DNA from: Eledone cirrhosa
Taxonomy: Eukaryota
Direction: 5' to 3'
DNA length: 64,000 nt
Assembly: GCA_964016885.1 (NCBI GenBank)
Contig: OZ024740.1
Coordinates: 60,760,001-60,824,000 of the forward strand
Part shown: in pieces, positions 50,824 through 64,000 of the stretch
How positions within the stretch are numbered: position 1 is the stretch's first letter
Layout: each line of letters begins with the position of its first letter
Notes under the pieces: model-generated
Seen by the model: only the letters and a program-made list of their open reading frames with translations
What the model was told of the DNA's origin: nothing
Databases searched by the model: none
Position numbers and translations under genes: made by a program

Positions 50824-52848
50824 TATATACATATATATATACAGATATATATATATACACACACAAACATATACTTATATATATCATCATCATCGCTGTT
50901 TAACATCCATTTTTTCCACACTAGCTTGGATTAAGGCTTATACAGTTTTCCTATATCAAATTTTACTCATAAGATATTGGGGCAACTGAAAGTTATGGTC
51001 GAAGATACTTGCCCTAGGTACTACATGGTTGTGAAATGAACCTCTTCATTACACAACCATGTTTACTCCAAAGAGTATTGTATAATATAGAACCTATCTA
51101 TTCCAATTACAGATAAATATAGCAGCTGGTTGTGTCAACATTAACTTTCAATGCTCAAATTAACCAGTAATATTTACTCTGATTTTGATAAGTTGTAAAT
51201 ATACCAAATTGAAGTATTTTCTCCAATTGTTAGTGCTAGTTGGTAGTGTTTATATTATTTCTGTCAGCTCTTTAGCAAATCTCTTTACTTAACTGACAGC
51301 CTCTTCATGAAAGTGCTTTTGTTTTTGTTTTATTTTTGTTAGCTTTCCTTTTCTATTTTCTTTTAATGTAAACTATTCTTAAAGGAATATCTTTTACTAC
51401 TTCCAGCAGATGTAGGTATTTGAAATTAACTTCATTTTTTTTTTATATACCTTTAGTATCAACTACACAATAGCATCACTATAAATAGTTGTCTTTCACT
51501 GGTGATGCTCTAAATTTGACTGCTATCAAAGTAAAAGAAAATGATTATTTTATTCAAAGCACAGCTGTGATAAACTTATATCACTCACAATAACTTATCC
51601 TATTCTCATACTACAACAGCAGCCCTTACTTCTCTTTCTTAATCCTTATTCAATAGATTTTATTGTGCATTCTTTGTCTGTAAAGTGAGACCATCATTCA
51701 TTCATCTTCGCTACCTACTTTTACTCTTTACAATACAACAAATTAATTATTTTATGGAATAATATAGGGGGCAGGGCTATAATTACTAAGTAATAGGCCT
51801 GGAATGGCTGGAGTAGAAGAATAGAGCAATGCCAAGAGTCTTTGTGTTTATTTAGCCAGAAAAGAGACTGACAGTAAAAGGTTTGTTAATGTTTTATATG
51901 AGGCTGAGAAGATATGAAGTATTCTGAAATTGCAGGGTAGTGTGGTTGTATTAATCAGGATGTCATTGGGGAGAATGTATCTCAGATGACACTGGTGAAA
52001 TTGGCTTCACTGACTGTATGAGAGTTTGAGTGGAAAGTGTGATGAAGTAATGAAAACCCATCCATAGTGAAACCAACAGAAAGACCAGTTATAGAAGTTG
52101 GTTTTGATATAGACAGTAATGAAGTTGAGGAGTTGAAGACAGAGAAAGATGTACATCTGTCAGAGAAGTTGCTGAGACGCTGAAAATATTAAGATATATA
52201 TAAGCACTATGTGAGATATCACCCAGTTAATTCAGTTGTTGTTTTAGCCCTAATCAAAAAGTCCAATGATCAAAGGCATTCCATTTATGACCATATCATT
52301 GTTTTTCAGAATAGATGTACTCCTAATTACATTACATGGTGATATTTTTAGAATATGTATGGGAATTGAGGGAATTGAGGGAATTTTGGTTGCTATCTCT
52401 TGAGGGTGAGCAACCATAAAAAGGCTTCCATGTTGATCAGATTAACCAGAAATTATTGTAAGTTCTCCGAAATAACAAAACTATCATAAATTATTTCAAA
52501 TAGAAAAAAGGTATACATAAAGATACTAGAGACTGATTTCAGAGAGATTTAGCTGCCATTTCTAGTAGAATGAGTGGCCTTTGTTAGCAACAAAGATGAG
52601 GAGATCCTTTGTTAGCAACAAAGTGTTGTAAATCCATACTAAAAGCAGGCTTACTGAAGCATATGTAGTGTGATGTTACATGGTAGTGAGTCACAGGCAT
52701 TAAATGTAGAGGATTTGCAGATACTGGAAAGAAAAGAATTGATGTGTTTGATATACATAACTTGCATTTTATGAAAGCAAATTGAACTGACATAAAATTA
52801 CTGGGTGAAGATAAAGTGAATATATCAAGTCAGGAGTACTCATAAGGA

Positions 52849-53020
52849 GTGAAGGCGCATGGCTTAGTGGTTAGAGCATTGGGCTTGCAATCGAAAGGTT
52901 GTGAGTTCAATTCTCGGACCGGGTGATGTGTTGTTTCCTTGAGCAAGATTCTTTATTTCACATTGCTCCAGTTTATTCAGCTGTAGAAATGAGATGATAG
53001 GACTGGGGTCCCTATCATTA
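52849..53020 (+). mobile_element. SINE family B copy (3'-truncated)
   Basis: Head nearly identical to 31488 and 50080; follows 50080 as far as gggactggggtcc. Confidence 0.85.
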
Positions 53021-56000
53021 AATCACCCAAGACACCTCCAATGAGATATACCTTGGAGGAGGCCAGCTAAATCTGCATAGGTGTGAGCTATGACACACAC
53101 ACACACACCTATAAGGAGTGGTTAAATGAGTAAATTGAATAAGAAAAGTTCATTGCTACAAACATTTTTTACTGTGAATCTTTTTGTAACATATAAACAT
53201 ATTTTCCATGACCCTCTTCTAGCTTACTTAGAGACTGGTTAATTTGGTAACACTCTGACTGATGTTTCAGTTATATTTAGCTTTATCGAAGATAATGATG
53301 ATGATGATTCAACTTTTGCCCAGCTTATTTATGTAATGATAACCTGTGAAAGCATGGGAAATAGATACAGTGATGACGATGATGAAGTAACAGGAATTAA
53401 AACAGAATCAAGGCTTACCATACCCCCCTTCAGATCATTTTTGAAAACTCTTATTCTACTTTGTTATGAAGGATTTGGATAGTAGACCTAGTCCATTGTC
53501 TAGTTTAACATCACCAAATGAGGCATGGGTCTCTTTAGTTGTGTCCACTCTGTTGCAAACATTTGGACGAGGTCATCAGTCAGAGAGTAATTTGATATCT
53601 TGATATGCTGCTTCCTCCTGAAATAACCAATGAGATAAAGTTTATTCCTCTCACCCCAACTCACACACACAATATTAAGAGGAGTCTGAAATATCATAGA
53701 TGTTTCATTTCCCTCCTTTGACATAAATATTTTTTTGTTGTCTGACTTCCCTGACTATTCTGAATGAATTTTGGAACTTCTAATTTTACTAAATTCATAA
53801 AATTTTCATAGGAAACTTAATTACCTTGCAATTTAATTAGCACATAACTTCAATGTTAGCTAATTAGGAAAAGAATTAGTTATGTAGAGACAGCATAAAT
53901 ACAGTGAGAACATAATCAAAAGTAAACTTTCTCCAAGTAGTAAATTTACTGGTAGAAGGTTGTTTTCCTGTTAACTATCTTAAGTTACATATTATTTTTG
54001 TTTATTCTGAGTAACCTAGATAATTGAGATCACTTAACCCATTTGATACCAGCCTGGCCAAAACGGGCTCTGGGTCTATGAAACCAAACTACCCATTCTA
54101 AATGGTTCCTGTTTAAATTAAAATTTTCCCATATAATTTTATATAAGAACTATATGTTAAGTTATGAAATAATTAATAATTTTAAGTTAAAACTTCAAAA
54201 TGCTTCATTAATTAATTGAAATAGAACATATTTCATTAGAAATACAGTAATGAAATGGTAAAAGGCATGACAAGAATACTTTGTAATCTACTTGATGTGA
54301 AAATATATGTGACAAAAGATACCCCAATGACAAACAAATACAGTTTAAAAGAAATCACTCAACAGTTGATATTTCACACTTGACCTTTTGTGAAAATCAA
54401 CTCTGAAACATTAATACAGTCAACTCTCACAACTATTCCATCTCAATTACCTAATCCAGTTCAACATCGTCACTAAAATCTATTAAGAAATTCTCAGACT
54501 TGACCTTATTCAGGCTTTACTATGAGAACTTTCTTTAAAATATTCTGAATAAACCTTTTGTGCCTTGTTGGTTGTGCTTCTCCAAACAGCAGCTCTCTGC
54601 TGGAATTAGGCAAACGTAATAAACTGCACATAATGTATAAACTGACCATGTATTGCTTATACAATCAGAATTACCCAGAGGTACTATCAGCAGAAATGTG
54701 ATCATTCAGTCTGCTAGAAATAGCTGCCAAATCTCCCTTAAACCATAACCTATCACCTTCATAAAAGGGATGGACACATTATATAATGTAGTTATAGGTA
54801 CCTACTAAAAAAAACATTATGATCCTGTTTGGAATGTATTTGATCATAGGTCTGTTCTATCAGAGCTAATCTGGAGCTAGACAATAATAACAACCTATCA
54901 CAGCTACCAAAGTAATCTTAATGGTTTTAAATATTTCCTTTTTCTTAAAAATAAAAGCAAAGTTGATGACATTTTTATTTATTGGAAGGGTCAATAAAAT
55001 TTCATATCTTTATTCCTCAAAGCTGTAGAATATGATAGTAAACTATATTACACCTATTCATTGTGAGCCAGAAATAGAGGCCTCTATGTGTCCATTGAAC
55101 TTGCTAGAAGTAGTAGAAGCAATAACTTGATGTCGTTTAAAATCATATTTTATCATCTAAAAGTGAAATATTTCATTTTCAAATGTAGTTCTAAGTATAA
55201 AAAAGTAAAAGGCCCTTAACTCATGATAGAATCATAGGAGCAGCATCCTAACACATTTTCTTCCAGAGACATAGAGAGAGAGAGACATTCTGAGACATTG
55301 AGAAAGTAATAAAGGGAGATAGAGGAAGAATTATCCCAAGTATTGAACTGGTACTTTATTTATTGATTTTGAATGGATGAACAAGTACTGAGATATTTAT
55401 AATCTGACACCCTAACAACTCTGCCAATTCACTGCCTGCAGTTCTGAGTATACAATATCTGAAAATAGAACAAGGAAATCATGATAGGAACACCATTGGT
55501 CATAAGTCAGCTCCAAGAAGACTAACTTGTGGATAAACAACAATAACCAACACACTATGTCTGTAAGCTGTGTTATAAGATATGTTATAACAAGAATGAA
55601 ATTTTTATAAATTTCCTTTTGATGGTAGCATTTGGGGAGGAGAGAAAAACAACTATCTAGAAGCAGAAAACTAAAATAACACTGATACCATTTGAAGTTT
55701 CCTTAAATGATAAAACAAACTGTTTTTTCATGTAATAAAGCAGCAAACAAAATTGATATCTTGAAAGAAAACAAACTGAATCAAAGACTCAAATGGAAAT
55801 ATCAGCTGGGTTTTAGGAATACAATATATACATATACATACATATGTGTATGTGTATGTGTGTGTGTGTGTGTTGTGTGTATGTGTTGTGTGTGTGTGCT
55901 GTGTGTTGTGTGTGTGATAGTGATTACAAAACCAAAACGTATGATTTTAAGATAAATAGGTAAAGGGATGATGCAAACTGGCATCTAAAACGACAGATGC

Positions 56001-56364
56001 TGAGTCGTTTCTTCAACTGTCATCATATGTGAGGTAGTCTAAAGTAATTCTGTTCCAGTACACTAACTTTCTACTACAGTCAAACAGAACTACCAGTTAA
56101 GTAGAGAGCCAGTAAGCAAGACTCCCTCTCCCTATCAATGTTAATAGACAGAAGACTTCTATGTAATATAGAAAGTAAACCATCCAAACAATAGTCCATA
56201 CGGAAAGTATGTTAAATATATAAGAGGGCAACAGAATTCATTCACACTTCCATACTGTAAAAATAATTTTAAATGTTAGCTTTGGTACATGAATGTATGT
56301 GCATGTTTCAGTTTCGGTATGGATGTACATGGAAGTCTTCGAAGGCATGCATTTATTTGAGCCT

Positions 56365-56409
<45 letters not shown>

Positions 56410-56699
56410 GAGTGAGAGAGTGTGTGTGTGTTTGTTTAAAATACATTAGTATTTAAAACATTCAAATATTAACTGAATGAGTACTCAATCTGGGGCTGTG
56501 GGAAGGCCAACACATGGGACTCCATTTGCTCACCATATGGATTAAGACATATAACCTCTCCTTTTCTTTTATTTACTCTTTTACGATCTGTTCTTATATA
56601 TGTATATATATAGTAATAATGTATGTATATATACATAGTTCAGATCTAGCTGTTGAAATGGCTGTAGCTCAGCCATTGGGGTTCTGAAGTTTTTCATAT

Positions 56700-56875
56700 A
56701 TATACTGTAAATGTGGTTGGCATTAGGAAGGGCATCCAGCCGTAGAAAACCAACCAGAAACACCCCTATATGAGCGAGACATGGTCACCCGACACAACTT
56801 GCCTCAAATTAGGACCCATGTAACCCATGCTAGCGTGGAAGATGGATGATAATCGGGGATGATGATGATGATGAT
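56700..56875 (+). mobile_element. RTE-tail element
   Basis: tggttggcattaggaagggcatccagccgtagaaa...aacccatgctagcgtggaa...(GAT)n. Confidence 0.8.
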
Positions 56876-56911
56876 ATATATATATATATATTATTGCTAT
56901 ATATATATTGT

Positions 56912-57101
56912 AATGATTGTTTCTACTTTAGGCACAAGGCCAGCAATTATCCAATACATTACTGGTACTTATTTTATCGACCCCGTAAGGATGAAAGGCA
57001 AAGTCAACCTCGGCGGGATTTGAACTCAGATCGTAAAGGGACGTAACTATGCTGGAAAGCATGGCATCCGGCCCTCCACCGATACTGCCAATCCACCGCC
57101 C
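56912..57101 (-). mobile_element. SINE family A copy
   Basis: Near-consensus, with CpGs retained. Confidence 0.9.
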
Positions 57102-57210
57102 TCAATATATAAATTGTGATATATATATTGTAATAATAAAGACCAAATTCCAAAGAGGGTTCGATAAGGATTGTATATATTTAAGTATATATAAACCCAT
57201 AGAGAATATT

Positions 57211-57331
57211 TATTAGTACAAAGAAATGTTTAAGCAAAGAATTTCTGCTTTCACCCTAAAGGGGATCTTCAGAACATCCTGTTTAGGGTGAAAGCAGAAA
57301 TTCTTTGCTTAAACTTTAATCTGTACTAATA
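57211..57331. repeat. Hairpin with perfect 33-bp stem
   Basis: 57228-57260 gtttaagcaaagaatttctgctttcaccctaaa is the exact reverse complement of 57282-57314; outer tattagtaca/tgtactaata also pair. Confidence 0.95.
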
Positions 57332-58079
57332 TTATATATATACATATATCATCGTTTAACATCTATTTTTCAATGATTGCATGGGTTAGATGGGTTGTCA
57401 TGTTATAAGATAAGTCAAGTCAGGGGATCACATCTTGCTCATATGAATCTGCATTTTAGCTTGGTTTCTTCGGCTGGATGCCCACCATCATTTCTCTCTC
57501 CTTTTACTTCTCTTTCATCAACGTTATATAGGCAGTGTGATGGAATTGAAGTCTGTGCTGTATGGTTGGCATTAGGCAGGGAATCCAGCCATAGAAGCCA
57601 AGCCAGAAACAGAAACAGTTCTGTATGAGCAAGACATGGTCACCTGATCTGAATTGTCTCGCAACAAGACAACTCGTTTAACCCATTCTAGCTTGGGAAA
57701 TGGATGTTAAATGGTAATGATGATCTCTCAGCCAGTGGCTCTTCAGCATAGCAGTTAACACACTTGCCCAACATGTGAGAGATGTGGTGTTTGATTATTC
57801 TCAGGAACGTCTGTTCCCCTTTTTCTGTCTCCAGGGGTACTATATCCAATTTTCTCAACTTTTATTTGTAGGATCAACTATTATTATTGTCATTTACGTT
57901 TGGACGAACTCGTTTCAAATTTTTCAGACTGCATCTTAAGCCAACCATTTTGTTTGTATATTATTATTATTAGGTAAAACATACTTTACAATGATACAAT
58001 AATGTATTGAAACAATTACACAATTTACAATGTATGTTTTACAAATTAAATAAAGTTCTTTATTGCGTTGTAGTCTCCT

Positions 58080-58183
<104 letters not shown>

Positions 58184-59879
58184 GGCGGGGGAATTTTCAT
58201 GAAACATAACCAAATCACAAAATAATACTTTTTATATTTTTGTATCAAATACTGCTAATTAATATGATCTGGCCTCTTATCTTTTGATTCCTTAGTTTCT
58301 TCACATTAAAATCTTCTTTGATTTTGCCTGCTTTGCCAATAAACACTTGATTGTTGTACTTTGGGTATGCTATATCTATTGCACTCCACCCAATTATTCA
58401 GGTTAAAGAGCAAAATATCAATTTCAAGCTTGGTATACAATTGCATTGAGAAATTAATTAATGATATACAAGTTCATATAATTTGTCCCAGCTAGTATAG
58501 TCCCTTAGGAATCTAATTATTCTTGACAGAGTATCAGCATCAGATTAATTAGTTGATGATTCATAATTACTATTTCTGCTCAAAGATATTTGATGAGATT
58601 TGTAGGATCTGTCAAGTATTTCACATGTCATTTCCAACAAATGATTAATAGCTTCTCTGGTTCTGGTTCGTTCTCTTCAGTGATATGTTTCAATAATTTA
58701 TATACTAGCTAGTACAATAACTCTGAAAGTATTAGTGATTAAATGAAAGTTCAAAGAGCAGTTAGTCTTGTTGGCAACAAAGAGTTTGGATCCTATACAA
58801 ATGGCTGAGTAAATGAACTAAATGAGGCATGTATGATGAATATGATATTATGCTAAACCTTGGTTGAAAATTAGTTGAGAAAACCCCTGGGTATCAAAGA
58901 TATTACCCAATGTATGAGCAAAAGAGGTGGTTGTACTGATATGAATGTGGAATACAAATGTAGTAAGTACAATAACTGGAAAAGTGTTGTAAATTGATAA
59001 CATGTACATGGGTAGGGAGAGATGCATTACTAGTGATGAGGTAACAACAGAAGTTATTTAGAGATACTAAGTGTATCCTTCAGTAAAGAACATTTTGGGC
59101 CAATTAGTTCATTACTAACAACAAATCTGCTGTTGGATGTCACTCATGAAACATTTTCAAATTTTATCTTTTACACAAAAAACTTCTGTTGTCTACAACT
59201 TATATTTGCATTGCACACAATGAGGGACATGCTGCAAAGGCCAACTTTGTCTTTCATCCTTCAAGGGTCGAAAAAATAAAGTACCGGTCAAGTACTGGAG
59301 TCAATTTAATCAACTTTCCCCTAACCACCAAAATGGTTATTCTTGTGCTTAAATTAGAAACCATTAATTATAGAATGTGTGTGGTATTATCCCATCAAAA
59401 TGGAAATCAAATCAAATAATATTTGAAGTCACTCTCTAAAACAGGAGCCATGTTTGGGGAGGATGGGGGGGGGGGGCTGTTTGACATGTGGTGCCCAGGG
59501 TATTCAACCCCTCCCCCAATAAATCCAGCCCTGCCAGTGAGTGCTGAGAAGCCTCAGTACAAACAGTAGAAAGGGCAAAAAGGAGGAAACAGACAGCTCA
59601 TTTATGGGCCAAAAGAGGGAGTGTGTTAGTGAGTGGCTTCATGCAATCAATACTGTGTCAACTAGTTATTCTAGCCATGATGTTCTTATATTTTTTTCAG
59701 TTACATGTATCTAGAACTACATTATCCAATGTGTCCTTCCTTTTTTTAAAACATATCAGGATTTGAAAGTGATTAGACTGCTGTTTCAAACATGTTGGCC
59801 AATTGTATAGAATCTCTCAAACATGTATGAGCTCATAGTTGTGGTTATGGTGATGGTTATGGTGATGACAGAGGGGAAC

Positions 59880-60092
59880 AATAATGATTTCTAGAATAGA
59901 CACAAAGCCAGTAATTTGGGGGGAGGGGAAAGTCAATTAAATCGACCCCAGTATGTTACTGGTGGTGCTTTATTTTATTGACCCCGTAAGAATGAAAGGC
60001 AAAGTTAACCTCGGCGGGATTTGAACTCAGACCATAAAGGGCCGTAACTCTATGCTGCAAAGCATGTTGTCCGATGCTCTACTGATACTGCC
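59880..60092 (-). mobile_element. SINE family A copy (long-tail variant)
   Basis: Reverse-complement consensus with the gggggaggggaaagtc segment. Confidence 0.88.
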
Positions 60093-60701
60093 AGATAAAT
60101 AATAACAACAGTAACTGTGACTAAAATAGCATTAACAAGAAGATATGAATTAAGAAAATTTAAAGCAAAACCCCCAGAAAAAGATTATCCTAGTTTCACA
60201 TTCAAATTATCTAACTTTCAAGTCAATAACATACTTTGTAATCCTGAATAAAACCAGCACTTAATACTTCTTTAATAATGCAAAGCTTATAATCTCTTAC
60301 AAGATTATCTAAAGCAAGCAGATATAAATGACCATTTAGCTATACACTTCAATGATATTGAAAATAAAGTCTTATGCGAGCTTTGACCACTGCTGCTCCA
60401 CCACCACCACCACCACCACTCTTACTCACAAGCTAATATTTGTTTCCCCTTGTTATCTCTCTATTCTCCTCTCTTACCCTTAACTCTTCATTGTTATTAT
60501 CATTTTTTTCTCACTCTTTGTATTACTATTTTCTGACAAAGACTACCACTAGTTTCCTCAGATAATACTGTTACATGACAATGAAATAGTTCATTTTAAG
60601 TAAAGATAATATGATTGTTCATAAATATTATAGAAAAACCATCATATGGGATAGTTTCCCACCAACACATGAACCAATTTAGCATGAGCTATTTTCTTAC
60701 T

Positions 60702-60917
60702 TCAACCCTTTAGCATTTAAACTGGCCATGACTGGCCAGAATTCTCTCACCTCTTTCTGTTCAAACCGGCCATAACTGGCTTCTCATATTTATGTTAAGG
60801 TATTGTTCTAAAAATAAATAATATCAAAATTTCATAGATTCGATATTATGTGAGATAAAGTCTTTACCGTGAAAATACAAAAGTATATATAGAGTAATGT
60901 AAATGCTAAAGGGTTAT
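60702..60917 (-). mobile_element. TTAA-type MITE, copy 5
   Basis: (tcaa)CCCTTTAGCATTTA...TAAATGCTAAAGGG(ttat); about 13 bp shorter than the other copies, with mutated TTAA flanks. Confidence 0.9.
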
Positions 60918-61131
60918 GCTTACTTACCTTATCGATCCATTAAAATGTTTCTCTTCATGGAAATCCTTAGTAAAAAATGAAAAAAATGATCAGTTTGAGG
61001 GTAAGGAAAAGCTGATAATTCTTATTGTTAGAACCAATATACAAGCTGAACTGTTTCCACTGAAGAAAGCTCTATGTAATAGTTCAAACCTTTTGAAATA
61101 GCAGCTTAATCAGTCTCAATTTCTTTTGCAG

Positions 61132-61549
61132 AGTTGCCAGCATGCAAGATGCTGCTATGAAAGAAAAACGTCCCAGCATTCTTCAGGAACACATTCGCAA
61201 TCTTCGGAAGTCACCAACAAGTGGAAAATTCTGGTTAATAGATAATGAGAGTGGTTTACTGGATGCTTACGATTTACTTTATCGTGACAAAATAAGTGGG
61301 AAACATTTTGTTTCATTTCACCAACAAATGCTGCAGACAATGTGCATATTTCAGAAATCAGTTGCCGACTCACTTCAAAATTTGAAGAACTTATCAGCAC
61401 CTCATTTAAAACTAGAAGACTTTGCGCGATATCATGAACCTTTATTAAACAAAATACCAAAGGACTATACATATTCACTGTTCAAGTCAATGTTCTCAAA
61501 CCGATTAGCTGAAGTTTCAAATTGGATTGAGTACTGCAAGACAAGATGA
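61132..61549 (+). CDS. fj: Four-jointed kinase terminal coding exon (D)
   Basis: Acceptor ttcttttgcAG; reads (R)VASMQDAA...HIRNLRKSPTSGKFWLIDNESGLLDAY...LQTMCIFQKS...WIEYCKTR*, extending ORF 61142..61549. Contains the DNE metal-binding motif required for four-jointed kinase activity and the C.F motif. Exon lengths 177+181+165+418 plus 1 nt equal 942 nt, in frame. Confidence 0.92.
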
Positions 61550-61572
61550 CACATGCATACTACTATAGACTG

Positions 61573-61578
61573 AATAAA
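61573..61578 (+). promoter_or_regulatory. Candidate polyadenylation signal of the fj gene
   Basis: AATAAA 24 nt after the stop codon. Further AATAAA hexamers occur near 61649 and 61932, so the site actually used is unknown in this AT-rich DNA. Confidence 0.3.
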
Positions 61579-62863
61579 CATGTATATAAAAATATTGTGA
61601 AATAATGAAAGTGTAAATATTAATATTATTGGCCATTGAAAAATCTAAAAATAAATTATTTGTGTCCACATTCTATCTTTGTTGCTTGTCTTGATATTGT
61701 TATTGTTGTTGTTGTTTAGCCCTTATCAAACAAAACTATAATCAAAGTCTTTTTGTACATTTTGAAATACATTTTCCAATATGTACTTCTTTTAGTGATT
61801 TGAAGAAATTTGGTTGCTATTTTCAGCAGATTAAGCAATTGCTTAAAGGCTCCCTTATTGGCTCGTTATATCAATGTTGTTTGCCCACAGTAATAACAAT
61901 GTGAAATATATGTTCTTTGTTATATTTACAGAATAAAATTATGAGATGATGTGTGCTTTACTGTTGCTCTTGTTTTTAAATACAGCCTAAAAATTCAAAC
62001 ATGAAACATAGCAGGGATTTTATAGCTGTGCTGAGATACATAACACTAATGATAAATGCAGATAATCAATAACCATTGTGTCCCGAACAAGTATATTCTG
62101 CTTGTGACCACTGTGACTATAAGCAGAACATATAGACATATAAAACAGACTGAGATTGGAAAAAGCTACGTACCCAAACTACCACATTGCACCACTTACA
62201 ATAGATCAATGTATGTAACTAAGTAGATACATAATACCTGAAGCCATAAATCAGTGCCTCACACATAATCATTCAACCAACTATTTATGCATTATAGTTC
62301 CGTTTAATCAAAGTTAACTTGAAACTAAACAACAACCTTTTTCTTTCCAATTCTTTTCTCAGGTGTTTATCGCATAAAGAAATGCACTATAATTGCGTTA
62401 TATACCCAAGAAGAGCAACCTTTTTGACTACCAACTACAGACCAGTTGCCCTTTCTGCCAATATCTCAGTAGATAAACAGATTTAAGAGCCCCTACATGG
62501 TCATATAACCTGCTAGAAATAACAGCCAAGTCTTTATCAAAACACACCTTACCATTACACAGCACCTGATATGCCCCCTGTTGGAACACCCCTGCACAGC
62601 ATTGGACTTGGCAGAGTTTAATGAGAAAGGACAGCAATGTGTTCAGCTATGGCGGAACCACATCTAGCTAAGCCAAATGCATTCCTATTAACAGGATACC
62701 ATCCTTCACTTCTCAATAACCTTCCAATTGTAGTTATCAACTACAAGCAGCAAATATATATTACCTATATGAACAATGAACTAAAAGCATTCTCAGATGG
62801 GGAAAATGACAACCTGGTTTCATTAAACTACACCAAAATGTAGTCACTACACATATCAAGGAA

Positions 62864-63165
62864 ATGGTATGGTATGGTCCCGTAACTCCTGATAGAGTCA
62901 TAGGGGCACTGTATTGACATACAGCATTTCTTGGGCATTTTTTAAGCCTGGCAGAGCCGATCTCTGTCTAGGCCTGAGTGCAGCAGATTTCTTCCAAAGA
63001 GAGGAAGAATCAACCCCAGTACTAGACTGATACTTTTTTTATCAACCTTGAAAGGATGAAAGGCAAAGTTGACCTCGGCGGGATGTGAACTCAGAGAGCA
63101 GAGAGCCGGAACGAATATCATAAAGCATTCTATCCAATGTTCTAACGACTGCCAATTCGCTGCCT
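62864..63165 (-). mobile_element. SINE A-related element with (ACCAT)n tail
   Basis: Reverse complement aligns by eye along its length with 19548-19880. Confidence 0.85.
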
Positions 63166-63784
63166 AAGGAGATACAATGCTACAACTACACCCTCCACCA
63201 TTGCCATGTGCTACACTCTGCTTTCAGTTATTGTATTTAAAGAAAGGAATATTGTGAGCAGTCCCCCACATTCATATTATAGCTCAGCTCAGCTGATTCT
63301 GAGAACAAAAATCAAGGGTGGAATCGATCTCAGTACTTGTATTGAATCTGGGAGGAGGAAAAGTGAAATTGACCTTGGTAGAGTTTTAACTCAGAAGACA
63401 AAGACCCTGAGAAATACAGCAAGACATTTGTCTAATGCTCTGATTCTGCCAATTGAATGCCCTAAAGACTCTATTCATGAACTGGTAGATAGTAACAGAT
63501 GTGATTGCTGTCAATGAGAAGTAGCCTTGAAAAAAGGGTGCACAGAAAGCAGTGATGGTGGCATAAAGGGGTAAAAGAGTAAAGATCCCCTTTAGTGACA
63601 AATGACTGTGGGATTATTACCTGGAAAGTTCCCTTCCAAGGAACAAACCTGAGCAAGGTGTTCTTGTTGAAGACCAGAAGTCACCCATGGATACCAGTCT
63701 CCCCAAACCACTATTATTGTCTAAGGGAAATGCAAAGGCCAATACAATTTAGCACCAGTGACGTCACAACTCATTTTTTCCAGC

Positions 63785-63915
63785 TGAGTGAACTGGAGTA
63801 ATGTGAAAAATATAGTGCCTTACTCAAGGAAACAACACACTACTTAGTCAGGGAATCAAACTCACAAACTCATGACTATAAGCCCATTGCTCTAATCACT
63901 AAGTTACATGTATTC
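63785..63915 (-). mobile_element. Decayed SINE family B head
   Basis: cagctgagtgaactggag...ctcaaggaaacaacac...ctctaatcactaag. Confidence 0.75.
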
Positions 63916-64000
63916 ACACAAAAAAATGATGGTAGAATATATCAGGGTAAAAAAAACCATTTGGGCCAGTGGGGTAGGAATAACAAATGAAGACATAGAG

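Overview
AT-rich, repeat-dense eukaryotic (animal) DNA. The SINE/LINE repertoire suggests an octopus or other coleoid cephalopod; that is an inference from remembered repeat families, not a database match. The one host gene I can reconstruct is a four-jointed (fj/FJX1-family) Golgi kinase on the + strand, with four phase-compatible exons (8490-8666, 30155-30335, 49358-49522, 61132-61549; about 313 codons) and 11-21 kb introns. Its 5' exon(s) were not found and probably lie upstream of the window. The introns contain: a 4.7 kb 19-bp minisatellite (249 units) apparently grown from a SINE insertion junction; a decayed near-full-length CR1-like LINE plus an inverted 3' fragment of it; an RTE-clade LINE one frameshift from intact; two modular tRNA-derived SINE families; five copies of a TTAA-flanked (piggyBac-like) MITE, four of them next to the four exons; two candidate solo LTRs; and two long hairpins. 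The huge His/Thr/Pro ORFs in the track are minisatellite artefacts. I found no unambiguous new protein-coding system. The best leads are the exon-adjacent MITE pattern, the minisatellite origin, the near-intact RTE and the intronic dsRNA structures. Repeat boundaries are read by eye and approximate unless a TIR or TSD is quoted.
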